A DNA stretch of 64,000 bases from Octopus sinensis (taxonomy: Eukaryota). Below are positions 15,034 to 25,632 of this stretch, piece after piece. The stretch spans positions 76,756,001 through 76,820,000 of the forward strand of contig NC_043002.1 in NCBI RefSeq assembly GCF_006345805.1, read 5' to 3'. The position numbers were made by a program, and so were the translations under genes. Each line of letters opens with the position of its first letter. Position 1 is the stretch's first letter. The notes under the pieces were generated by a model that searched no databases, was not told the DNA's origin, and saw nothing but the letters and a program-made list of their open reading frames with translations.

Positions 15034-15639
15034 GTTAAAGTGAACAACAAACGTTAAGGCAAGACAAACATCTCAAGTCATATACATTATTATTATTGGA
15101 AAAATTCAAAGTCTTACAGCTGTTTCTGGATAATCCATTACAGCACTTACCTAGCATACCTAGTCATAAAGATCGCCTGTAAATTAAATCCCATACTTTG
15201 TATGTATATATGTAGGTGTATATAAACATATGTATGTATGCATATATATATATATGCACATATGTGTGTGTGTGTATATATATATGTATGTGTATATATA
15301 TATATGTATGCGTATATATGTAGATATATATATATGTATACATATATGTATATCTGTATGTATATAGATGTATGTATATGTATATATATACATGTATGTA
15401 TATATATTTATATAAATATATATATATATATATATACATAATAGAAATATTAAAATTACTAAGTCTCTCTAAAGGAGATTATGGCAGCGTTACTGGATAT
15501 TAATAGTTATCGCCATACTAATATGGCAGTCTAAATATAAGACTAAAGCTGTCGCTGATTAGCTAGCTATATATGAACCTGCGTCCATTACAACCTTCGA
15601 ACAGGGGAGGTCAGCCGCTTCACCTTGCTAGTCAGACTT

Positions 15640-15676
15640 CTGCAGACATGTTTCAGGGTTGTTGCCCTTTATCAAT
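15640..15676 (-). ncRNA. inverted, 5'-truncated copy of the U3-A8 hammerhead
   Basis: Reverse complement of 15847-15883; the 5' strand of stem I is lost at the repeat junction. Confidence 0.55.
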
Positions 15677-15842
15677 AGCGATAACTATTAATATCCAGTA
15701 ACGCTGCCGTAATCTCCTTTAGAGAGACTTAGTAATTTTAATATTTCTATTATTGAAAACAAGTGGATGTATTCCACTGTAACTAGGTAAATAAAATCTT
15801 CGAACAGACGGTCAGTAGCGACACCTGCTGGTTCTGACTACG

Positions 15843-15883
15843 CTGCATTGATAAAGGGCAACAACCCTGAAACATGTCTGCAG
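15843..15883 (+). ncRNA. minimal type I hammerhead ribozyme, U3-A8 core variant
   Basis: CTGCA-TTGATAA-AGGG-caacaa-CCCT-GAAAC-AT-GTC-TGCAG: 5-bp stem I, 4-bp stem II, palindromic ACATGT stem III, GUC site. Confidence 0.75.
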
Positions 15884-16060
15884 ATGTCTGACTAGCAAGG
15901 TGAAGCGGCTGACCTCCCCTGTTCGAAGATTGTAATGGACGCAGGTTCGTGTGTCATATAGATAGCTAGAGGCGGTGGCCTCTTGGAGCTAATCAGCGAC
16001 AGCTTTAGTCTTATATTTAGACTGCCATATTAGTATGGCGATAACTATTAATATATATAC

Positions 16061-16097
<37 letters not shown>

Positions 16098-16100
<3 letters not shown>

Positions 16101-16314
16101 AATTGAGATTCACTTGAATTAGGTACTTAAGTTGAAGCACCAGTCAGTCTGGTATTATCCGCACAGCTCGAAGTAAAGTGAATAAAGCCAAAATGATCAA
16201 CAGGATATCATGCAGTGATGCAGTACAACCACTTGCATTGTTCAATTAAACAGAACCGCTTGAAACGGTCATTCTGCATCACTATTTGATATCCTGTTGT
16301 TTATTTTGATTTTA
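16098..16314. mobile_element. ~215-bp (TA)n(GA)n-anchored element with long internal hairpin (copy 1)
   Basis: Homologous to 20784-21000; arms aacaggatatca..gtgatgcag and ctgcatcac..tgatatcctgtt. Confidence 0.65.
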
Positions 16315-16318
16315 TGTG

Positions 16319-17660
16319 TCATCATCATCATTGTTTAACGTCCGTTTTCCATGCTAGCATTGGTTGGACGGTTTGACCGGTGTCTGGGAAGCCAGGAGGC
16401 TGCACCAGGATCCAGTCATCCGGCAGTGTTTCTACAGCTGGATACCCTTCCGAACGCCAACCACTACGTGAGTGTAGTGTGTGCTTTTTACGTGCCATCG
16501 GCACAGAGGCCAGGGGAGGCTGGCAACGGCCACAATCAGTTGGTGCTTTTTACGTGCCACCGGCACAGAAGCCAGTCAAGGTGGCTCTGGCATTGTCCAC
16601 ATTCAGATGGTGCTTTTTACGTGCTACCAGCACAAGTATCACAACTACAATTTCCATTTGATTTTTATTTTGATGTTGATGTACTTGACTCTATAGATCT
16701 CCTCAAGCACATCAGGTCACCCTACGATCCAAGGTAAGCACAGCAGGCTGTTCTGCGATTCAAAGTACTTTGGATGGGCTGGGGCTGCTATGTGAAGCTG
16801 GTGCTGGAAACAGCAATGAACTCACGTTATTTGTCAGGTCTTTGCAGTCACAGCATATCTCCAGAGGTCTCAGTCTTTTGTCATTGCCTCTGTGAGGCCC
16901 AACGTTCGAAGATCATGCTTGACCACCTCATCCCATGTCTACCTGGGTCTACCTCTACCCCAGAATCCTTCAACTGTTTGGGAGTGGCACTTCTTCACAC
17001 ATCTCTCCTCCTCCATCCATAGTACATGATCATACCAGCGCAAACGTCTGTCTTGCACACCACATCCGATGCTTCTTTTGTCAAACATTTCTCTCAGGGC
17101 ACTTACACTCTGTCGTGTGTGCACACTGACATTACGCATCCAGTGGATCATGCTAGCTTAATTTCTTTCGAGCCTATACAGGTCCTCCGCAGTAACAGCC
17201 CATATTTCACTGCCGTGAAGCATGGCAGTTCGCACACATGTGTCATACAATCTACCTTTCATTTTACTCTAAGCGGGAGACATTTTGTCACTAGTAGGGG
17301 TAGAAGCTTTCTAAACTTTGCCCAGGCTATTCTTATTCTCGTGATGACACTCTCTGAGCATCCACCTCCACTACTAACTTGGTCACCTAGGTAGTGGAAG
17401 CTATCAACTACTTCTAGTTTTTCCCCCTGGAGTGTGATGGAATCTGTTTTCTGAGTATTTGTGGTATCTGTCGCCACTGTGCATCTGCCACACATGAAAG
17501 CTATCTTGGTTAATTTTCCTTTGATATTGCTGCACCTCTTATGCATCCATCGCTTACACTGGGTACATTTTATGGAGTTACTACCTACACCTTTTCTACA
17601 GATCAACCAGGGCCACCTACCTGAGGGGGGTGTACGATGAGTTCGCCTTCCTACTTACTA
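16319..17660 (-). mobile_element. RTE-clade LINE, 5'-truncated 3' end
   Basis: ORF pieces 17259-17606 (CRKGVGSNSIKCTQCKRWMHKRC...IAWAKFRKL) and 16939-17151 (RRLRWYDHV...GRGRPR); 3' UTR ends in the family C (GAT)n tail. Confidence 0.9.
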
Positions 17661-17724
17661 TATATATTATATATATATATATGTATGTATGTATGTATGT
17701 ATATGTATGTATATATATATATAT

Positions 17725-17804
<80 letters not shown>

Positions 17805-17897
17805 TCAGTAATAATACTAAGTAATTAAGGGTTAGCAACGATTTGCCTCACCACACACCGAATTTAGAAGGGAGTCTATCATACAATTTTTAAGTCA

Positions 17898-17988
17898 CCT
17901 ACGGACGTACGTTTCGAAATTAAGTTTTAGGAAAGCATAAGAATTAGATAATTATGTCTTACCCAACTTCTTTTCTCATCAGCGTAGG
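17898..17988 (-). ncRNA. type I hammerhead ribozyme, canonical core (inverted copy)
   Basis: Reverse complement of 18510-18599 with one substitution and a 1-nt indel, both in stem II. Confidence 0.85.
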
Positions 17989-18509
17989 ACACTACAATTA
18001 TGAATAATTGTATATTAAATTTCGAGATACTAGAAGGCATCATCTCAACTCAGTATCAGAGCGAGCTAAAACCGTTACCAGTATCACCAAATTCAAATTT
18101 ACTGAGATCTCCCTTTTAGTAGAAAGAATAGCTATAACTCTTTGACTGCTATTTCTAAATTCGGTGTGTGGTGAGGCAAATCGTTGCTAAACCCTTAATT
18201 ACTTAGTATTACTTAAACTTTCCTCGAATGAGGCTTTTACATGCCGAAATCTACTTGGTGAAATTAATGATTATTCCAATTTAATTAATTTCACCCTATA
18301 TTATTACTGATAACCATATTTCATCCCAGTAAATGACCACAACATCTTGTCTTGGCTACACGCTGGTGGGAAGGGGTTGGTGACACAAACTTTCATTCAC
18401 ACTTTGAATTTGGTGATACTGGTAACGGTTTTAGCTCTCTGATACTGAGTTGAGATGATGCCTTCTAGTATCTCGAAATTTAATATACAATTATTCATAA
18501 TTGTAGTGT

Positions 18510-18599
18510 CCTACGCTGATGAGAAAAGAAGTTGGGTAGACATAATTATCTAATTTTTATGCTTTCCTAAAACTTAATTTCGAAACGTACGTCCGTAGG
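18510..18599 (+). ncRNA. type I hammerhead ribozyme, canonical core
   Basis: CCTACG-CTGATGA-GAAA...TTTC-GAAAC-GTAC-GTC-CGTAGG: 6-bp stem I, extended stem II (also AAGTT/AACTT and CATAA/TTATG), palindromic ACGTACGT stem III, GUC site. Confidence 0.88.
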
Positions 18600-18784
18600 T
18601 GACTTAAAATTGTATGATAGATTGCCGTCATTTCTTTCTCTCTTGCCTGTCTGTGTTTGCCTTTCAAGTGCTGTGGTTTTACTGAGATCTCCCTTTTAGT
18701 AGAAAGAATAGCCATAACTCTTTGACTGCTATTCTAAATTCGGTGTGTGGTGAGGCAAATCGTTGCTAAACCCTTAATTACTTA

Positions 18785-18859
<75 letters not shown>

Positions 18860-19005
18860 ATATCCATTACAGCACTTACCTAGCATACTAGTATTTAGAT
18901 CACCTGTGAATAAACCCCATGCATATATATATATATATATATATATGCATGTATGTGTATATAAGCATATATTTATGTATGCATATATATGTATGTATGT
19001 ATGTA

Positions 19006-19059
<54 letters not shown>

Positions 19060-19063
<4 letters not shown>

Positions 19064-19306
19064 TCTAAATTTTATTAAATTTGCTTTGTGGGAAGGACTC
19101 AGCAAAGTCGTGTATTGTCCTTGCTTTCGAACGCGAAGTAGATGATACAGGGATAACTGAAGAAGGGGAATATTCTTTATGTTGTATGTCTCGTTTATCT
19201 GTTTTTTTTCGTTGTTTGAAAGAAAGTTCGTTTCTATGTTTTTGTTTTTATGTTTTCGTTTCTCATTGTGTTCAACGTTTTTTTTATGTCTTGTACCCAT
19301 ATATGC

Positions 19307-19312
<6 letters not shown>
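19060..19312. mobile_element. (TA)n-anchored repeat family, copy 1 (copy 2 at ~21335-21580)
   Basis: Both share aa(t)tc.aaattt.att.aatttgctttgtgg, actga.gaaggg...ttctttatgttg and a cc.atat(at)gcat end. Confidence 0.55.
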
Positions 19313-19338
<26 letters not shown>

Positions 19339-19387
19339 AGGTATGTACATATATGTATGTATATATGCATATATTTATATATGATTC

Positions 19388-19429
<42 letters not shown>

Positions 19430-19494
19430 GGTATGTATATATATGTATATATATATATTTATTGTATATATATATTTATGTATATATATATATT

Positions 19495-19543
<49 letters not shown>

Positions 19544-19583
19544 GTATGAATGTTATATATATATATGTATATATATATGTATG

Positions 19584-19617
<34 letters not shown>

Positions 19618-19642
19618 ATATATATATATGTATATATATATG

Positions 19643-19682
<40 letters not shown>

Positions 19683-19940
19683 ATATATGTTGATATATAT
19701 ATGTATATATATGTATGATATATATGTATATATATGTATGTTATATATATATGTATGATATATATGTTTGTATCAATGTATATATATATATATATATATA
19801 TATATCTATGTTTGTATATATATGTATGTATGTATAATATTATGTGTGATATGTATGTATATATATATATATATATATATATCATGATAGATTGGTAGCC
19901 ACTACACATTTTTTTCTCCCTTGTTTATTTTCTCTGTGTC

Positions 19941-19976
19941 CTTTCTGTAGAAGAGCATAGGCTCGAAACATAAAAG
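19941..19976 (+). ncRNA. degenerate minimal hammerhead-like motif
   Basis: CTTT-CTGTAGA-A-GAGC-atag-GCTC-GAAAC-ATA-AAAG; A6 replaced by U and G16.2 by A relative to a functional core. Confidence 0.45.
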
Positions 19977-20339
19977 ACTTTTTCTATTCCTGAGCGTGAT
20001 AACTAATACATCTGTTTGTTTTGACACCACCTGTCTTCGTCTTTTGTTTTTTTCGTGAACTCTCATATATATATATATATATATATATGTATAGATATAT
20101 ATATATAACGGGAAGCTTTATGAAAATAGACAAAAGACGAAGGCAGTGGAAAAAAACAAACAATTGTATTAGTAATATATATATATATATATATATATGT
20201 ATAAAAAACAAACTGGGACAAGAACGCAAAACATTAGGAAATGATACAAAAACACGGACGGGACATTCGAAGCCTTCAATCTTCAGTCAAGAACCGGATC
20301 ATCCTCGCAATTGGGCTGATTATATATATGTTATGTATG

Positions 20340-20402
<63 letters not shown>

Positions 20403-20783
20403 TATATATGTATATATACATATATATAATGTATGTATGTATATATGTATATATACATATATATATATGTATGTATGTATATATGTATCTATAATATCAA
20501 TATGTATGTATGTATATAGTATATATACATATATATGTATGTATGTATATATGTATATATACATATATTATGTATGTATGTATATGTATATATACATATA
20601 TATATTATGTATGTATGTATATATGTATATATACAATATATATATATGTATGTATGTATATATGTATATATACATATATATATATATGTATGTATGTATA
20701 TATGTATATATACATATATATATGTATATGTATGTATATATATTTACATATATATTATATATATATATGCATGTATATAGAGA

Positions 20784-21000
20784 GATAATTGAGATTCAGT
20801 TGAATTAGGTACTTAAGCTGAAGCAGTAGATCAGTCCGGTATTATCCGCACAGCTTGAAGTAAAGTGAATAAAATCAAAACAAACAACAGGATATCAAGT
20901 AGTGATGCAGTACGACCAATTGCATTGTTCAATTAAACGGAGCTGCTTGAAACAGTCGTCCTGCATCACTAGTTGGCATCCTATTGTTTATTTTGATTTT
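20784..21000. mobile_element. ~215-bp hairpin element (copy 2)
   Basis: Homologous to 16098-16314 with the same (TA)n(GA)n left flank. Confidence 0.65.
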
Positions 21001-21031
<31 letters not shown>

Positions 21032-21656
21032 GTATGTATGTAAGTATGTATATATTCTCCCACTATTCTATCTTATTACTCTGTCACTCTCTCTCCCTCA
21101 TTCCTCCTCCCTTGCTCATGTGGCTCCCACGTGACCATCGGCCATCTATCTTTCTTCTCCTAAGTTGTGTTTCTTTCTTTCTCTCTGTCGTAGCTGGAAC
21201 AAGGAAGATGTGTTCTTGTCTGTCTCCTGTCTAAGCTTCAGTTATGTGTTTGCCACTACAACCTCGTTTAAGCTTAGCAGCCCTTCCTGTTTCTTTCACT
21301 GTCCTGTTTGTGTTACCAATTTTGACCCTCCCTAAAATCCAAATTTTATTTAATTTGCTTTGTGGTAGCAACTGTTTTATGAAAAGCATATATTGTTGTT
21401 AAATACTCAAGATACAAGAGTAGAAAAACAGCCAACAACTGATGAAGGGTCGTTCTTTATGTTGTTTGTTTTGTTTTCCATTGTTGTCTTTTGTTGTTTG
21501 AAAAATAGTTCTTATTCCATGTACTCGTTCTTCCTATTTTTTGTTGTACATATTTTGTGACGTCCAGTGCCCACATATGCATATATATATGTGTGTGTGT
21601 GTGTATGTAAGTATGTACATATATGTATGTATATATGCATATATATATATATTATT

Positions 21657-21702
<46 letters not shown>

Positions 21703-21707
<5 letters not shown>

Positions 21708-22269
21708 TTGAACTTTCGTTATAGTAATATCTATGGAAGACCGTTGGGATTATTATTGATATGGACTTAAAAGATGGATCGCACTTTAGCATATAATTTA
21801 GTTATTGCAGTTTATTATTAATACAGACACAATGTACATTGATTTAAATTTCTCTTGTTGTAGTTTTAGTAAAGTTAGTGTTTAATTCTGCCTGTATATT
21901 GATTGATTAAAATAATGTGATTATTAAGCTTTACTTTTATTTTACACTACGGAAGATGGTAGGGATAATAATTTTTTATGACTTAATAGAGTTGTTGCTG
22001 TTTAGTTATGTATTTAGGAAGGGTTGCAATTGACTTATGGAATACATTTATCGATATGGTTGTACATCAGGTAAATGTGTTTGAAAGTTGTGCTTTCTTC
22101 GGTTTGTTTGTTTGTTCGCAAACAACACTTATTTTAGTGGTATTGATACCACCGGATTGAATGGTACTGCCCAGATGTCAAAACCATAATGATATCTGTG
22201 GGGCAGCTGATGATGGAGATATGTTGGATTGTTGGTATGGCTGTGGAATAGTATTATAATACATCCTTT

Positions 22270-22270
<1 letters not shown>
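21703..22270 (-). pseudogene. possible decayed Penelope-like GIY-YIG C-terminal fragment
   Basis: Minus strand gives CTLCL (21838-21824) and NPNGL (21751-21737) in one frame with intervening stops; these resemble PLE C-terminal motifs as I recall them; (TA)n on both sides. Confidence 0.3.
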
Positions 22271-22301
<31 letters not shown>

Positions 22302-22302
22302 C

Positions 22303-22507
22303 AGTAAATGTAAGGTAAGCAAGTTAGGCAAGTTGATATACAAAAAATATTAAATACATCTAAAACAAAAAATGTATGTATGTTTACATATAAAATGTTA
22401 CATATATTTACATATAAAAGGTAAACATATACATTTTTTTTTAATTAAATGTATTTAATATTTTTTTGTATATCAACTTGCCTAACTTATTTAGCCTTAC
22501 ATTTACT
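22303..22507. repeat. ~205-bp foldback (imperfect palindrome)
   Basis: agtaaatgtaagg...gttaggcaagttgatatacaaaaaatattaaatacat is mirrored by atgtatttaatattttttgtatatcaacttgcctaac...ccttacatttact. Confidence 0.85.
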
Positions 22508-24765
22508 TCTCTACCAGCTCAAGTTTAAACCTCTTGAGCACTATGAAGTGTATTCTATATGGAATATACCTGTTTCAACTGGAACCCTCCCCTGAAATTT
22601 TGCACCTTGAGCCTTGAGTAGAAAAGAATATTTAGTTTAGTCAAACGAAAAATTACTGATGTGTTTGTCTCCTGAAGTTAGAAAGATTAAGAATCAGTGC
22701 TTTAGGCTAATGACCTGTTGTGCATGCAAATGATTATTTCTAGTAGACACAAAACCATGAATTTTGACGTTAAAATCGACATCCAGTTACTTGATTGATA
22801 CTTATAGCTTATTGATTCAGTAAAACAGTAACATATATTGTTATTTAGTAATGAATTGTGTTAAAGAATTTGGAGGCTGTCATACAGTTAAATAGGGTTG
22901 TTGTGGAGATCACTAGCATCTAAATCTATCCAATAGAAATTGCTGGCATGTGAATCTGCCCAATAGAATCAAATGGAAAGTTGTAGAACTCTCAAGAATG
23001 TTCTAGTGGCTTACCGCTATATAAGCAGAGCTGGTAGAGGAGTATTTCTCCTTTTGCCTGCATCTTTTCTTGTTATACACTATTTAAGAGATAGACAATA
23101 AGCCTATCTGAAGTATCATTGTGTTCTTCTTTGCGAGTGAACAAGAGAAATACAACAGACATGCAAGCAGTATGCTTCACAGAATATTGCCGTCGTGTGC
23201 CTTTCATCAATGAATAAATCTAGAGTTTATGATATAGAATATATATGTATCCAATAGTACTGGAATCTGCATTGGAAGCCAGTAAGGAAGCTTCGTTGCA
23301 CTTGCACAACATACTGGAGATAGCAACCAAATCTTCCTCAAATCCATCCCACAATATCAAAAAGTTATATTTTACATTGTACACAGTATGTATGATAAAC
23401 ATAAAATAGGATAACACCATACATTGACCACTGTTTGTGTGATAAATACAAGACGAACAATCACAGATAGAATGACTTTTATCTGAGGTATGCATAATCA
23501 AGACTGACCTTGATTTAAACAACAATGGTACAGACCACTGGTAATACTACTTATTTCTACTATTCATACTTGTACAGTGTGAAGGTGCTCAAGTTTATGA
23601 ATGTTTAAAATTCAGAACTATAAACCAAATAGATATAAAATAAAATAAAAATGCAGGGTCATCAATTCTCTAGTTATAAGCTCATGAATTTAATTCCTGG
23701 AAGAAGGTTTTTATTTTTATTTTTTCCTCATATAATAGATGAATTAAGATATATTAAGAAAATATAGAAAAGAAAGTGATTCAATTTAAAGGGATAACTG
23801 AGGGATATAAAAAGTACTATAATATCATAATTTAAATTTGACAAATTTATGTTGTGCAATTAACTATCTTTTTATCTAGTTACTCTTTTATAATCAATTG
23901 TTAAACATATATATGTTTACAATTTCACAATAAAGGTCTGATGTTTGTAAACTATACCTATAATAAGGTTGTTCTCCTTGATTTATGAATTTAATGACCT
24001 TACTAGAAAAAGGGATATGAGCATTGCACAAAATTAACCCATCCCCAACATCTGCTATAAATCTCAAATATCTAATAAATCATTTATCTAATGAACTCAT
24101 TGCTCAACCACAGATTCAGTAATCACCTGGTTGCCTAAATTGCATTTAAGATAGACTGCGTCACTTTTCTGTAAAGTCTTTGTCTTTGCTGAGATAAGAA
24201 CTTGTAACTCATGAGCAACAAAGACACGTTATCTTATCCACTTGGCCACTTCAACTGTGATATTTTTGCTGGAGCCAAAAGAGCAACAATCAAAGGAAAG
24301 AAAAGAAAAAATCTGCAGAAAACTGCTCAATTTCTGGAACATGATAAGTGTTACTGGCTTTTATATGTCAAAGCACTTATCAAACTAACTTCCCTGAGAA
24401 ACAAACAGCTGTTAAGACAATTCAACAACGGTTACTCTTTATGTCGGACTATTATGGTAAAACTTTCATTGGTGATTGTAGAGAAAGAATTGAACTGTCA
24501 GAAAGTATGGATTCTAGATATCAGTGCTGATATCATCTCTAAATCTTGAAATTACAATGAGAGTTAAGTTCATTTGTATTTTTTTGTAATAAATTGAAGA
24601 TATTTGATCAATAATGAATTTAAATTCAAATGCATTATATCAGTTTAAATCTTGTTATACTTTACCATCCACCTGTCTTAGAAGCAGATAAGGAGAAGGA
24701 TATATTTAATATAGTGAGTAAAACCATTATGAATTGATATTTGATCTTATGTACTAATATCAATG

Positions 24766-25015
24766 CAGGCACATGGCCTAGTGCGGAGAGTTGCTCAGCT
24801 CATGGTTATAAGCTCATGAATTTAATTCCTGGATCAGGTGGTGCTTTATGTCCTTGAGCAAGGCATTTCATTTCATACAAGTGAAGGTGTGTAGCTTAGT
24901 GGGTAGGGTATTCAGCTCATGATTGTAAGGTTGTGAGTTCGAGAGCATGACATTTCATGTTGCTCCAGTCCACTCAGCTGGCAAAAATGAGTAAACCTGT
25001 AATTCAAAGAGCCAG
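24766..25015 (+). mobile_element. SINE family D, two tandem or nested heads
   Basis: tRNA-like heads (tggcctagtg..., tagcttagtgggtagggtattcagctc), gtccttgagcaag and ctccagtccactcagctggcaaaaatgagt; matches 39814. Confidence 0.6.
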
Positions 25016-25119
25016 GAACTTGGTATCTCTTTCATTCAACTAATGAACCTTACACCTAGCTTAAATACCAATTTTTTTTTTCTGAAGTATAAGATCAATT
25101 TATAGAAAGAGATGCATTA

Positions 25120-25340
25120 CCCTTTAGCATTCAGATTACTCAGTAGAACAGAATGGTTATCCATTCACATCGTTTTGAATTAATCATGTATTATTTCATA
25201 ACTTCAAGATTTTAATAATATGACTGTTTTATTTTTACTATGACATTGTAGGGTAGGTTTGAAAGCCTGAATATGGCAAGTTTGAACAGAAAGCAGGTAG
25301 AATATCTGGGTCAGATACAACCAGTTTAAATGCCAAAAGG
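25120..25340. mobile_element. piggyBac-like MITE, sister of 12705-12914
   Basis: CCCTTTAGCATTCAG start, aaatgccaaaagg|TTAA end. Confidence 0.7.
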
Positions 25341-25632
25341 TTAAAAAGAGAATCATTATAGTTGATTGACTTCATCATCATTAATTTATTTTGTTGATCT
25401 TGGATTAAGAAAAGAAAATTTGATACACAAATACATTAAATAAGGTAAGTAAATCTTTTGAAGATAGTCTTTACTATCTTCTAAATCCTGACTATGGACA
25501 CTTAAATTTATTTAGTATTCCATTTTCTATCCTCTTATTTTTATCACAACAATTCTACAGACACACAACAACCAACTTCAGCCAAGTTTCTAGTTTTGCA
25601 AAAACAGAACAGCAATTATTATTTCTGCCTAA

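Larger units (their letters stand above)
17801..18788. mobile_element. Penelope pLTR-like / ribozyme element with inverted and direct partial duplications
   Basis: (TA)n on both sides; arm 17875-18097 is the reverse complement of 18403-18621; 18098-18211 is repeated directly at 18678-18788 and partly inverted at 17812-17869. Confidence 0.7.
14164..22300. repeat. microsatellite-dense block of (TA)n, (TATG)n and (TG)n hosting many small insertions
   Basis: Directly visible; explains the spurious Y/I/M/C-rich ORFs in the track. Confidence 0.95.

Noticed and set aside
18212-18265. CGAATGA-GGC...GCC-GAAAT resembling a hammerhead
   Set aside because: Core mismatched at two conserved positions and no NUH site before the putative stem I.
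19157-19190. CTGAAGA/CTGATGA followed by AGGG, here and at 21439
   Set aside because: No downstream stem II closure or GAAAC.
14164-20808. Numerous long ORFs rich in Y, I, M, C and V
   Set aside because: Translations of (TA)n/(TATG)n microsatellites, which lack stop codons; no coding signal.
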